Positions 6,883 to 16,597 of a DNA stretch of 64,000 nt are shown piece after piece. Source of the stretch: Ignavibacteria bacterium. Lineage in GTDB: Bacteria > Bacteroidota > Ignavibacteria > Tepidaquicellales > OLB5. Under the pieces are notes generated by a model. The model was not told where the DNA came from. It did not search any database and was given only the letters and a program-made list of their open reading frames with translations. How positions within the stretch are numbered: position 1 is the first letter of the stretch; every line of letters starts with the position of its first letter. The stretch is from the NCBI GenBank assembly GCA_041859235.1, contig JBHEKV010000060.1:4884-68883 (forward strand). The letters run 5' to 3'. The position numbers and the translations under genes were made by a program.

Positions 6883-9339
6883 ATGCAATTAAACGGTTTA
6901 ACAAACAACGAAATACAGGAAAGAATCAGCAAAGGTCTGCAAAACAGATCTACTGTAACAAAAACAAAGAAGATCAGAGAAATAATTCTTGAAAACGTTT
7001 TTTCCGTTTTCAATTTAGTAATTACCTCCGTAATTCTTTTCCTCTTATACTTTTTTATCACAACAGGTGATGAAAGGCTGCTGTATGATACGATTGGAAC
7101 AACCTTTGTCATATCTCTCAATACTTTCATAGCCGTTTATCAGGAGATCCGCGCCAAAAAGGCGCTTGATAAGGTCAGCCTGCTGCTTAAAAAGGAAGTG
7201 AAAGTTATCCGTGATGGCAAAGAAGAAATAATTGATCAGAAGGATGTAGTAGTTGATGATATTATTGTTCTCGAGCGCGGTGACCAGGTTGTGGTGGATG
7301 GTGCTGTAGTGGAATCAAATAAACTTGAAATTGATGAGTCACTTCTGACGGGTGAATCACTGCCAATTAATAAAAAGAACGGTGATGAAGTGCTCTCAGG
7401 CAGTTTCTGCCTTTCAGGCAACGGATATTATAGAGCCGAAAAAGTTGGCGATAACAGCTACGCCAATGAAATAACCAAAACCGCCAAAAAGTTCAAGCTG
7501 AACTTATCTCCTCTTCAGGTTAAACTTAATTTCATTGTGAAAGTATTGTTTTCAACTGCAATATTTCTTGTGATACTTGAAATTATCCGTAATCCCGGGG
7601 GATTTTCTGATCTTGATTTCGTACGAAGAATATCAACAGTAATGCTTTCACTAATTCCCCAGGGACTCGTGCTCATGGCATCTGTTACATTTGCTCTTGG
7701 AATTTACCGAATAAGCAAGATTGGCGCGATCATACAAAAGCTTAACGCGATTGAATCATTTGCCAATGTTAAAATAGTATGCACCGATAAAACAGGTACG
7801 CTTACGCAGAATAAACTTGCCGTAAACAGGATTACTCCCCTGACAAATAAGTTCACAAAAGAACAGATCGAAGAATTACTCGGCACATACGCCAAGCTTT
7901 CCTCGGATAAGAATGCAACACTCAGAACACTGGAAATTTATAAACCATCAGAGAGTGCAAGTGTAACTGAAGAAATTCCTTTCAGTTCTGAAAATAAGAT
8001 GAGCCTTTTACAAATAACAAATATCAAATACCAAACAACAAATAATAACCAATTAACGATAATATTTGGCGGGTATGATATATTAAATGAGAAGTCGGTT
8101 GAAAAGCAGAAAGCTGAAGAGATTTTTGAAAAAGATGGATTGAAGATATACCGAAATCTGTTATTCGGTATAGAAACTTCCGGCAGAAGCCTGAAAGAAA
8201 TTGAAGAGAACTTATCTGATATAAAAATTGAGCCTGTGTGCATAGTTTCTATTACTGACCAGGTGCGCGGAGATGTTATGGAAGCGATAGAACTTTTCCA
8301 TAAAAATAACATCGAAATTAAAATTTTGTCAGGCGATAACGCTTATGCCATACAGGCGGTAGCCAAAGAGATTGGCTGGGATATTAAAGATAACGAGTTA
8401 ATTTCAGGCAATGAGATAGAAAAGGTAAGCGATAGTGATATATTTAATGTCATTATGGAAAAGAAGATTTTTGCCCGCCTGAAGCCTGAACACAAGCTTC
8501 GCATAATCAAAACGCTTCGCAAGGAAAAGATATATACTGCAATGATTGGCGATGGGGTAAACGATCTGCCCGCTATAAAAGAATCTGATATGGGCATTGC
8601 AATGGAGGAAGGCAGCCAGATAACAAAAGAAGTAGCCGATATTGTCCTTCTGAAAAATAAATTCGCACTGCTTCCAAACATATTTGATGAAGGCAATAAA
8701 ATTGTTAATACAGTAAGCTCTGTTGCCAAGCTTTTCTTAACCAAGAATTTTATGGTTATTTACTTTACAATTCTTTCAATGTTCTTCGCATTTGAATTCC
8801 CTTTAACACCGCGCAGGGTATCGCTGATAAATATCTTCTCCATCGGGCTGCCCTCTTTTATTATCGCACTCAGGAATTCTAACGTAAGCAAGCTTACGAA
8901 TTTTTCGAAGGATCTATTCAGTTTTGTGCTTATATCCGCGGGAATTCTCGTTGCAGGTTCATATATTGGACAGTATTACACTGAAAAATTCGCCGGCTTC
9001 ACTCCCGAAGATATACAAATGGTAATGCTTTCTGTTATGATATTCATTACCTCAGTCAACTTCCTTGCAGTGGTTACGCATAAAAACGAAAAGAACATGA
9101 AGCTGTACGTGCTTTACGCGATCGGACTTGTTGCATTGTATTCATTCCTAAGCTTAACACAGTCACAATTTGTGTTGATTGGCTGGATAAAAACATTTTA
9201 TGAAATATCGTTCCTTGAACACCGCTATTTGGGATTAACCGCAGCAATTGCGCTGATCAGCGGAGCGGTGCTGTTTATCCTGCAATTTATCCGTGGAAAA
9301 TTCGTAAATTCAAACGGTAATAAAATATTCATATATTGA
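6883..9339 (+). CDS. Cation-translocating P-type ATPase (specificity not assignable)
   Basis: LTGESLP (actuator TGES), CTDKTGTLT (phosphorylation site) and MIGDGVNDLPAIK (hinge). The N-terminus GLTNNEIQERISKG is typical of P2-type pumps. At 818 aa it is short for the family. Confidence 0.88.
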   Translation: MQLNGLTNNEIQERISKGLQNRSTVTKTKKIREIILENVFSVFNLVITSVILFLLYFFITTGDERLLYDTIGTTFVISLNTFIAVYQEIRAKKALDKVSLLLKKEVKVIRDGKEEIIDQKDVVVDDIIVLERGDQVVVDGAVVESNKLEIDESLLTGESLPINKKNGDEVLSGSFCLSGNGYYRAEKVGDNSYANEITKTAKKFKLNLSPLQVKLNFIVKVLFSTAIFLVILEIIRNPGGFSDLDFVRRISTVMLSLIPQGLVLMASVTFALGIYRISKIGAIIQKLNAIESFANVKIVCTDKTGTLTQNKLAVNRITPLTNKFTKEQIEELLGTYAKLSSDKNATLRTLEIYKPSESASVTEEIPFSSENKMSLLQITNIKYQTTNNNQLTIIFGGYDILNEKSVEKQKAEEIFEKDGLKIYRNLLFGIETSGRSLKEIEENLSDIKIEPVCIVSITDQVRGDVMEAIELFHKNNIEIKILSGDNAYAIQAVAKEIGWDIKDNELISGNEIEKVSDSDIFNVIMEKKIFARLKPEHKLRIIKTLRKEKIYTAMIGDGVNDLPAIKESDMGIAMEEGSQITKEVADIVLLKNKFALLPNIFDEGNKIVNTVSSVAKLFLTKNFMVIYFTILSMFFAFEFPLTPRRVSLINIFSIGLPSFIIALRNSNVSKLTNFSKDLFSFVLISAGILVAGSYIGQYYTEKFAGFTPEDIQMVMLSVMIFITSVNFLAVVTHKNEKNMKLYVLYAIGLVALYSFLSLTQSQFVLIGWIKTFYEISFLEHRYLGLTAAIALISGAVLFILQFIRGKFVNSNGNKIFIY

Positions 9340-11366
9340 TGGAGAAAGATAACTATTTCGGGATCGTAATTGATGATCCATACAGATGGCTCGAAGAAAT
9401 TGACTCGCCGAATACTTTAAAGTGGATAGAAGAACAGAACAATATCACTGAGCGATATCTGTCCGGGATACCATTCAGGAAAAATATACACAAAAGGCTG
9501 AGTGAATTATGGAACCATCCTAAATACCTTCAGCCCTTTAAATCAGGTGAAAACTATTTCTTTCTGAAAAACGAAGGATTGGATCCCCAAAGCAAACTGT
9601 ATATTCAAAAAGGACTGAAAGGCGAACCGGAAGTACTGCTGGACCCGAATGAATTTTCTGAAGACGGCACAGTCTCACTGGTTGATATCAGTATATCAAA
9701 GAATGGAAAATACCTCGGCTATTCAGTCACCAAAAGCGGCTCTGACTGGCTTGAAATATTTGTGATGGAAATAGAAACAAAAGCGCTGCTTGTTGATAAG
9801 ATCGAATGGGTAAAATTCTCAGGGGCAAACTGGTACAAAGATGGATTCTTCTATAACAAATACAGGAAACCTGAAGCAGGCAATGCTCTTACTTCACCAA
9901 ACGATTTCCAGATGGTATGCTACCATAAGCTGGGCACCCCCTCAAGCGAGGATGTAATTGTTTATAATGATACTTCAAACCCGCACAGGTCATATTGGCT
10001 AACCGTATCTGAAGATGAAGAATTTCTTTTTCTGAATGTGACCGAACGCAGTAAAAAAGGCTCCCGGTTGCTTTACAAAAAAACCGATTCACCGGGTTCG
10101 GATTTCATCCCTGTTACTGATGATGAGTTTGAATTCTTTACATACTATGTACAGAATATCGGCAATGAGATCTATTTATTTACAAATGAAAATGCACCCA
10201 ACGGGAAAATTGTTAAATTTGATGCACTGGGCAATCCATTTGAACATACCACGGTAATACCTGAAAGTAAGGATCCCTTAAAACATACAGGAATTTCATG
10301 CGGCAGGATAGTTTGCGGATATATGGTAGATGTTATTGACAGGGTAAGAGTATTCAATCTATCAGGCGAATTCCTGCATGAAGTTACTTTGCCGGGAATC
10401 GGAAGTGTTACGGGGTTCTGGTTCCATAAGAATGATGAAAACTTGACGTTCTATACATTTGAATCAATTACTTCACCGCCGGAAATTTACATCTATGATG
10501 TAAATAGTAATAATTCAGCATTGTTTCACAAGCCAAAGGTCAATTTTGATACCGGCATGTATGAAACAAACCTCGTCTTTTATCAAAGTAAAGACGGCAC
10601 AAAAGTACCCATGTTTATTGCGCACCGCAAAGGGATTGAATTGAACGGGAATAATCCTGCATATCTATACAGTTACGGTGGTTTTGGCATAAGCATGAAT
10701 CCGGTGTACTCCGATTCACGGATATTCCTTCTGGAAAGCGGCGGAGTATTTGCAATGCCCTGCATCAGGGGCGGCGGCGAATACGGAGAGAAATGGCATG
10801 AGGCAGGAATGCTTAAAAATAAACAAAATGTGTTTGACGATTTTATTGCCGCGGCGGAATACCTTATTAAAGAAAAGTATTCAAGCCCTTCACGACTGGC
10901 AGTTGGCGGCGGATCTAACGGCGGATTGCTGGTTGGAGCGGTCATAAACCAGAGACCGGAACTATTCAGGGCAGCCTTCCCAGCGGTAGGTGTAATGGAT
11001 ATGCTGAGATTTCAGAAGTTTTCCATCGGCTCTGCATGGATTAAGGAATATGGCTCAATTGAAGATGAGGATATGTTCCGATATATACTGAAATATTCAC
11101 CTCTGCATAATATCTCCGGCGAGAAAAACTATCCCGCTATCATGGTTCTTACTTCCGATCATGATGACAGGGTTGTCCCGTCACATTCATTTAAATATAC
11201 TGCCCGGCTGAAAGAAGTATACAAGGGAGATAACCCGGTACTTATCAGGGTTGAATCAAAAGCAGGGCATGGCTTTGGCAAGCCGGTTTATAAATTGATT
11301 AATGAACAAACTGATGTTTGGTCGTTCATGTTCTATGTTATGGGTGTTGATCCTTGTGGAAGTTGA
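9336..11366 (+). CDS. Prolyl oligopeptidase (S9A serine peptidase)
   Basis: N-terminal DDPYRWLEE, nucleophile motif GGSNGGLL, C-terminal DDRV / AGHG catalytic region. The start overlaps the ATPase stop (ATGA). Confidence 0.9.
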   Translation: MMEKDNYFGIVIDDPYRWLEEIDSPNTLKWIEEQNNITERYLSGIPFRKNIHKRLSELWNHPKYLQPFKSGENYFFLKNEGLDPQSKLYIQKGLKGEPEVLLDPNEFSEDGTVSLVDISISKNGKYLGYSVTKSGSDWLEIFVMEIETKALLVDKIEWVKFSGANWYKDGFFYNKYRKPEAGNALTSPNDFQMVCYHKLGTPSSEDVIVYNDTSNPHRSYWLTVSEDEEFLFLNVTERSKKGSRLLYKKTDSPGSDFIPVTDDEFEFFTYYVQNIGNEIYLFTNENAPNGKIVKFDALGNPFEHTTVIPESKDPLKHTGISCGRIVCGYMVDVIDRVRVFNLSGEFLHEVTLPGIGSVTGFWFHKNDENLTFYTFESITSPPEIYIYDVNSNNSALFHKPKVNFDTGMYETNLVFYQSKDGTKVPMFIAHRKGIELNGNNPAYLYSYGGFGISMNPVYSDSRIFLLESGGVFAMPCIRGGGEYGEKWHEAGMLKNKQNVFDDFIAAAEYLIKEKYSSPSRLAVGGGSNGGLLVGAVINQRPELFRAAFPAVGVMDMLRFQKFSIGSAWIKEYGSIEDEDMFRYILKYSPLHNISGEKNYPAIMVLTSDHDDRVVPSHSFKYTARLKEVYKGDNPVLIRVESKAGHGFGKPVYKLINEQTDVWSFMFYVMGVDPCGS

Positions 11367-11370
11367 CTTA

Positions 11371-11769
11371 TTACCTTCCGCCAATGAAACGTTCTTTTGG
11401 TATGTAGAGCTTATGCCCCATTGGGAAAGTTATTTCAATTCCCTCGGCATTCCAAATCACTCTTGTTCTTTTAATGTTTTCCTCGCTTTGCTCGGTGGGG
11501 TCAATATAATTTATCACATGTCCGTAGCTGTTATCACCTTTGCGTGAGATCAAAACAATATAATCTGAGCTAAGCGGCTGGCTTTGTTTTATTATTTGTA
11601 ACTTATACGGGTCATATGAATTGTACTTAACATAATCACCCTGTGATGATTCCATTATGACTCTATCGCTTATGGTGAAACCCATTAACTGAAAAAGTAT
11701 TACAATAATAAGTAATCCTGTGAACAACCCTGCACCAAGAGTAAAGAATAAAACGAACGGTTTTTTCAT
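11371..11769 (-). CDS. Hypothetical N-terminally membrane-anchored protein
   Basis: 132-aa ORF with one N-terminal TM helix (FVLFFTLGAGLFTGLLIIVILF). It is the last gene of the minus-strand run 14812->11371. No recognisable domain. Confidence 0.55.
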   Translation of the reverse strand: MKKPFVLFFTLGAGLFTGLLIIVILFQLMGFTISDRVIMESSQGDYVKYNSYDPYKLQIIKQSQPLSSDYIVLISRKGDNSYGHVINYIDPTEQSEENIKRTRVIWNAEGIEITFPMGHKLYIPKERFIGGR

Positions 11770-11811
11770 GTGGAATTATGTATTAACTTATGTGGGCTTT
11801 ACAAAAATATA

Positions 11812-12546
11812 TCATTTATGATAAAAGAACAAATAAAAAATTACAAGGGAAATGATCTGGGCAAGAGGAATAAACAGCAGAATAGAGATTATATATTTAA
11901 ATATCACCTTCCCCCTGCTTTCATTAAAGAACTGGACAAATGCCCAGCCGTAATAGATAAGCCAGGTCAGGTAATATACCGCTAAAGGTATGTACCAATA
12001 GTGGCTAAAAATATAAAGGAAAGGACTAATAAGAATATACATCAATGTGCGCTGCGCACCAAGGAACGTATTGAGCACAAGATTCTCGGCGTAGTTATAC
12101 CCCGACTTCCTGTAGAAAAGCCATGAAAACAAGGCGATGACCGGTACACTTACAAGCTGAATTACATTAAAATACTTATAAACAAAGGCATTGTATTGGA
12201 GTCCGAAAGTATTAATGCCTGTACCAATTGTGTTCACATCAGCTTTCGGTCCCATCAGGTGATAATTGACGCTTAAAAATGTTGCTGCCGCAACCGCCAG
12301 GAACAAATATTGGAACGGATTGAAATATTTCTTGCGTTTGCCTTCAATGTAATCTTTGGCAGTATAACCCGGGCGGGTAAACAGCTCTTTGATTAAGAAA
12401 AGTATTCCTCTATCAATGTGAGTAAATGAATGGAAAAAATCATGCAGGGTATGTTTAAAAGTAAACCTGTGAACATCAACCTTCTGTCCGCAATTATTGC
12501 AGAAGTGACCTTCGAAGGTGTTACCGCAATTTTTACAGGTAATCAT
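11812..12546 (-). CDS. DUF3667-like membrane protein with N-terminal zinc ribbon
   Basis: N-terminus CKNCGNTFEGHFCNNCGQK (two CxxC pairs) followed by about 5 TM helices. The start overlaps the upstream GNAT stop by 4 nt. Confidence 0.72.
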   Translation of the reverse strand: MITCKNCGNTFEGHFCNNCGQKVDVHRFTFKHTLHDFFHSFTHIDRGILFLIKELFTRPGYTAKDYIEGKRKKYFNPFQYLFLAVAAATFLSVNYHLMGPKADVNTIGTGINTFGLQYNAFVYKYFNVIQLVSVPVIALFSWLFYRKSGYNYAENLVLNTFLGAQRTLMYILISPFLYIFSHYWYIPLAVYYLTWLIYYGWAFVQFFNESRGKVIFKYIISILLFIPLAQIISLVIFYLFFYHK

Positions 12547-12989
12547 ATATCAGATTGTTTGTAAATCATTTGAAAATGATGTTCAGTTTCATTTAGTAAT
12601 TCAAAACCCTGACTTTCATAAAACGCTTTCGCTTTATGGTTCACTTTCAGTACCTGAAGCAATATAGATCTTCTATTAGTAATGGCATCAAATATCGTTT
12701 TGCTCATTAAGTTTGAACCTATTTTATTATTTTGAAACTCTTCTATGATATACAAACCATGAATATGAATATAACTATCTTTAACAACACTTTCAAATAC
12801 ACCAACGGGTTTACCGTCAACCTCGATTATCTGCATGATATCAGGGTTAAAATCTTCAATATGGCCCTGCATCTCTTTATCCTCTATCCATCCTTTAGAA
12901 CCTGCAATATATTTATACATTGCATTTTTTCTTATTGCAAAAGAAAGTTCAAGATCACCCGGAGATGCTTTTCGTAATTTATAATTCAA
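12543..12989 (-). CDS. GNAT family N-acetyltransferase
   Basis: 148 aa. Acetyl-CoA pocket region ..FQNNKIGSNLMSK.. and ..NHKAKAFYESQGFE... Paralog of the adjacent gene. Confidence 0.8.
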   Translation of the reverse strand: MNYKLRKASPGDLELSFAIRKNAMYKYIAGSKGWIEDKEMQGHIEDFNPDIMQIIEVDGKPVGVFESVVKDSYIHIHGLYIIEEFQNNKIGSNLMSKTIFDAITNRRSILLQVLKVNHKAKAFYESQGFELLNETEHHFQMIYKQSDI

Positions 12990-12999
12990 TATAACTCAT

Positions 13000-13434
13000 T
13001 TACTTTTTATACTTCATCCTGAAGTGTTCATTTTCTTCTCCATAAACAATAAAACCAAGCTTCTCATATAATTTTCTTGCTCTCATGTTAACTTTTAACA
13101 CACCAAGCCTAATTGTTTTATCGGGATTTTCTTTAATTATATTCTTTACTATATCACTTCCAATTCCGTAAGACTGAAACTTATCGAGAATATATAATCT
13201 GCATATGATGATTTCATTTTCTTTTAAGATTCTCCCGACAGTTCCAATTTCTTTATTTTCAAATATTATTATGTTGATATTTTCAGATAGCATTTCTTTT
13301 TCATGCATTTTTCTTTGCAGTTTCTCATCCCATCCCCAGGTAAGCTTTATATATTCACCCAGCGCATTCTTCTTAATTGAATATATTAGTTCACTGTCTT
13401 CAGCGGTTGATGGTCTTAAGTAATATTTTTTCAT
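13000..13434 (-). CDS. GNAT family N-acetyltransferase
   Basis: 144 aa. ..FQSYGIGSDIVKN.. and ..NMRARKLYEKLGF... The start overlaps the cyclase stop by 4 nt. Confidence 0.8.
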   Translation of the reverse strand: MKKYYLRPSTAEDSELIYSIKKNALGEYIKLTWGWDEKLQRKMHEKEMLSENINIIIFENKEIGTVGRILKENEIIICRLYILDKFQSYGIGSDIVKNIIKENPDKTIRLGVLKVNMRARKLYEKLGFIVYGEENEHFRMKYKK

Positions 13435-14501
13435 TTTGTACTTTCCACACTGTAAATTGCAACCGGATTCAGTTTGCCTTTGAGGAGTATCTCCCCTATC
13501 AGATCAATCCTGAATAATCCGGTTCTTGGTATCTTTCTGTACATATTGCTGGATATCAAAAATGGTTTGTTATGTTCATTGCACTGATCCTGTATCCTCG
13601 AAGCGGTATTTAAAACATCACCATGATAGGCAATTTCTTTTTTGAGTTCACCAATTTCAGCAACTGTTACAGTACCGCAGTTCATTCCGGCTTTAAAGAC
13701 CGGAACAACTCCGTACTTATCTTTGTAATAATAACTCAATGATTCAAGTTTCTTTTTGAACTCAAAAAAGAATTTAAAACAATTATCGTTTTCTATACCG
13801 TTTTCCAGTTCCCATGTCAGAACAATCTCGTCGCCTACATATTGGTAAATTTCTGCTTTATACATGGCAACAACATCGGTCACATCATAGAAGCAGTCCT
13901 GTATCAGCCTGCTGTATTTTATATGTCCCAATTTTTCAGCAATGGTGGTAGATGCTTTAAGATCGATGAACATGAATATACGCTCTTCAACTCTGGGGTT
14001 ATAATACCTCCCGGAAAAAAGCTTCACCAAAATACCCGGTCCGAATTTTTTGTTGACCTCTTTTAAGAAGTTTATCAGGAGGCTAATAAATGCACCGTAT
14101 AAATACAGCGCCAAGGTATACTGGCTATTGAGCGTATAATTCAGGGAATAAAGCAGGTTATTATCCCTGTTTGTCAAAATACCGTGAAATACAAAAATTG
14201 AAACTATTGAAACAAACATAGTAACAATGTATGCCAGACTTTTAACCGTGAGTATATATCTGAAAGACTCTCTTTTAAACTTTGGAGTATCAAACAACAT
14301 ATCAACCAATGATAGCAGCAACCCGTTCACAACGGCAACTACGTTTGCCTCAAGGAACATCAGTTCCATTTCGATTGGCTTCTTAAGGATAAAGTACTGC
14401 TCAAAATCGTACATTCCAAAAAACCTGAATATAACAAACATATTGCCGGCTATCAGCCAGGCTACCAGGTTAAACCTGATCTCTTTTAAACGCTTGCTCA
14501 T
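13431..14501 (-). CDS. Membrane-bound class III adenylate/guanylate cyclase
   Basis: N-terminal about 4-5 TM segments, then a cyclase homology domain: FMFIDLKASTTI (metal Asp), YVGDEIVLTW (second Asp) and HGDVLNTASRIQ. Confidence 0.85.
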   Translation of the reverse strand: MSKRLKEIRFNLVAWLIAGNMFVIFRFFGMYDFEQYFILKKPIEMELMFLEANVVAVVNGLLLSLVDMLFDTPKFKRESFRYILTVKSLAYIVTMFVSIVSIFVFHGILTNRDNNLLYSLNYTLNSQYTLALYLYGAFISLLINFLKEVNKKFGPGILVKLFSGRYYNPRVEERIFMFIDLKASTTIAEKLGHIKYSRLIQDCFYDVTDVVAMYKAEIYQYVGDEIVLTWELENGIENDNCFKFFFEFKKKLESLSYYYKDKYGVVPVFKAGMNCGTVTVAEIGELKKEIAYHGDVLNTASRIQDQCNEHNKPFLISSNMYRKIPRTGLFRIDLIGEILLKGKLNPVAIYSVESTK

Positions 14502-14539
14502 TTTAAAAAGAAATTATACAATACAGGTAAAATGAAAAC

Positions 14540-14812
14540 TCATTTATCTTTCCAGTTCCACCATTTAAGCTTATCGGGTTCATGTTTCTTAACCGAGGCG
14601 AAATATACTGCGCAGCGGAAAACATACAACAGGCATCTATCCTGTATCACACCTGTGTACCGGTTAGATCTATCATACAGCTTTTCAGGATCTTTGCCTT
14701 TAAGATCGTTTATTGAACGAATACCAATATTCAGCAAATCCTGCGCAATTGATTTACCAACACCCGGAATTTTCATTAGTTCCTTTTCTGGTGAATTATA
14801 AATAATTTTCAT
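14540..14812 (-). CDS. Helix-hairpin-helix domain protein (Cdd1/'pathogenicity locus' family)
   Basis: MKIPGVGKSIAQDLLNIGIRSINDLKGKDPEKLY ... CLLYVFRCAVYFA ... KLKWWNWKD matches the pattern of that small HhH family. Confidence 0.72.
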   Translation of the reverse strand: MKIIYNSPEKELMKIPGVGKSIAQDLLNIGIRSINDLKGKDPEKLYDRSNRYTGVIQDRCLLYVFRCAVYFASVKKHEPDKLKWWNWKDK

Positions 14813-14950
14813 AAAGCCGGATAAATGAATGATATTAAAGCCAAAATTAACATATTTTTATATAAATTAAACTAATATTTTTTCAGTGCGACTTTTCAGC
14901 CTGCAAAGGCATCATATTCATTGTAAACCGGTAAATACAAATATTCATTA

Positions 14951-15562
14951 ATGACTATAGATTCAGCTAAATTCAGCGGACTTTTGAAGCCGCATTACAA
15001 TGATGCTCTTAAATATTCAAGAGCCCTGTGTTCCACATGGTCACCCGATGATGCGGAAGACGTGCTGCAGCAGTCATTTTTACTGGCACTTGAAAACTTT
15101 AACAGTCTGAAAGATCATTCTAAATTTCGTTCATGGTTCTTTAAAATAATAACTACAACTTTTTATTCTTCCATCAGGAGACATTTCTGGAAAAAATTCC
15201 TGCCATCCGATGGCGAAAGGTCAACTGCTCACAATATGCCTGAGTTATTTGACAGGGCAGAACAATCCGAAAGCAGGATGATAGTTAACAAAGCGCTGGC
15301 TGGAATTTCATCAAAAGAGCGCGCTGCGATACTGCTGTTTGAACTCGGAAATTTTTCGATTGAAGAGATCACGGCCATACAGGGAGAAAAAAGTATTTCC
15401 GCGGTTAAATCAAGGCTCAGCAGAGCCCGCGCAAAGCTGCGCAAATACATTAAAGAGGAAGAAAAAATTTTAACTCACAAGGAAAGCACCTTGTGGGAGC
15501 TTAACGGAGATCTGGAAAATGAAACACTCAAACTCATCACAGAGATCAGAACAGAACGGTAA
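14951..15562 (+). CDS. ECF-type RNA polymerase sigma-70 family factor
   Basis: Region 2 (DAEDVLQQSFLLALENF..FRSWFFKII) and region 4 HTH (ERAAILLFELGNFSIEEITAIQGEKSISAVKSRLSRARAKLRK). Confidence 0.85.
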   Translation: MTIDSAKFSGLLKPHYNDALKYSRALCSTWSPDDAEDVLQQSFLLALENFNSLKDHSKFRSWFFKIITTTFYSSIRRHFWKKFLPSDGERSTAHNMPELFDRAEQSESRMIVNKALAGISSKERAAILLFELGNFSIEEITAIQGEKSISAVKSRLSRARAKLRKYIKEEEKILTHKESTLWELNGDLENETLKLITEIRTER

Positions 15563-16529
15563 ATTGAACGAAAGCAAAGATAAGTCACTGGAGCATCATT
15601 TTAATCAGTTAAAGCAGGAAAACTACGATTCAACGTTTCCTGAAATTGAAAGCTGGATCTATAAAACATCGGTAAATATCCAAAGCAATCAAAGTTTAAC
15701 AGATAAAGATCAGTCAAACGAAAGGACGCTCCATAAAATGAAACATTTCTTTTTTGGCACAAAGCTCAGGCTTGTATATACCATAATAGCATTCGCAGTA
15801 TTAATTGGTGCATGTAATATGCCTGTAACTCAAACTGAATCAGCAGGGCAAATGATAACATTTACAATTCCAAAGGAGAGCAGTGATTTTGTAAGTAAGA
15901 TGAATGAACTTTCATGGATAAAGAACGCTCAGATCACTTCCAACGAGAATACCAATAATGGTGAGGCACAGTTGTTGTACAGAATTGTTTTCCCCAACAC
16001 TACCAAAGAACAGGTTACAAAATATGCAAATGAACTGGAAGCGCTGGGTGGTATTGTTACTATAAAAATTACCGGAATGGATTACGACGTTAAACGTCCG
16101 CTTTATTCCGCAGCAATGCATGATTTTTTCAGCATTGATATTGATGCAACCGGCAAGAGCGATGAAGAATTGAAGAATGAAATTGAATCAAAACTCAGGG
16201 ATCAGGGAGTTGATATGAAATTCAAATTCACGACCGGCCCGGATGGCAGAAGAGATATCAGAGTAGAACACGATCAACAGCTTGACGCAAATAACGAGCC
16301 CAAATCTTTTGAAATGAATATTGAAGACGACAATGGTAAAGAAAAAATTAAACTCTTAACTCAGAAGGCTGACCCGAAGAAATTTGAAGGAAAGACCGAC
16401 AGTGAAATAAGGGAAATGGTAAGGAAAGACCTTGGCAACCCTGAACTAAAAGACAGCGATATCATAATTGAAAGAACAGGTAAGGAAGTGAAAGTAAAAG
16501 TGAATTTTGACCAAAGAGAAGTAAAATAA
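15519..16529 (+). CDS. Putative anti-sigma factor / single-pass membrane protein
   Basis: Assigned by position directly after the ECF sigma gene. One TM helix (LVYTIIAFAVLIGAC) separates an N-terminal segment of about 80 aa from a C-terminal domain of about 230 aa. No recognised domain. An alternative start TTG at 15564 (one base after the sigma stop) avoids the 44-nt overlap. Confidence 0.5.
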   Translation: MKHSNSSQRSEQNGKLNESKDKSLEHHFNQLKQENYDSTFPEIESWIYKTSVNIQSNQSLTDKDQSNERTLHKMKHFFFGTKLRLVYTIIAFAVLIGACNMPVTQTESAGQMITFTIPKESSDFVSKMNELSWIKNAQITSNENTNNGEAQLLYRIVFPNTTKEQVTKYANELEALGGIVTIKITGMDYDVKRPLYSAAMHDFFSIDIDATGKSDEELKNEIESKLRDQGVDMKFKFTTGPDGRRDIRVEHDQQLDANNEPKSFEMNIEDDNGKEKIKLLTQKADPKKFEGKTDSEIREMVRKDLGNPELKDSDIIIERTGKEVKVKVNFDQREVK

Positions 16530-16552
16530 ATCATTCGTAAATCAAAAATATT

Positions 16553-16586
16553 TGCCCGTTATGCAGAACTAATAACGGGCATTTTT
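16553..16586 (+). terminator. Rho-independent terminator
   Basis: TGCCCGTTAT (16553-16562) / ATAACGGGCA (16572-16581) with a 9-nt loop, followed by TTTTT. Confidence 0.7.
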
Positions 16587-16597
16587 ACACCTAAAAT

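Noticed and set aside
6810-7130. ORFs 6810-6992 (+) and 6846-7130 (-) at the 5' end of the P-type ATPase gene.
   Set aside because: Their composition is lysine/arginine-rich or irregular, and they overlap the well-supported ATPase frame. They are artefacts of AT-rich sequence. The GGAGTGAGGAG upstream has no suitably spaced canonical start in the ATPase frame.
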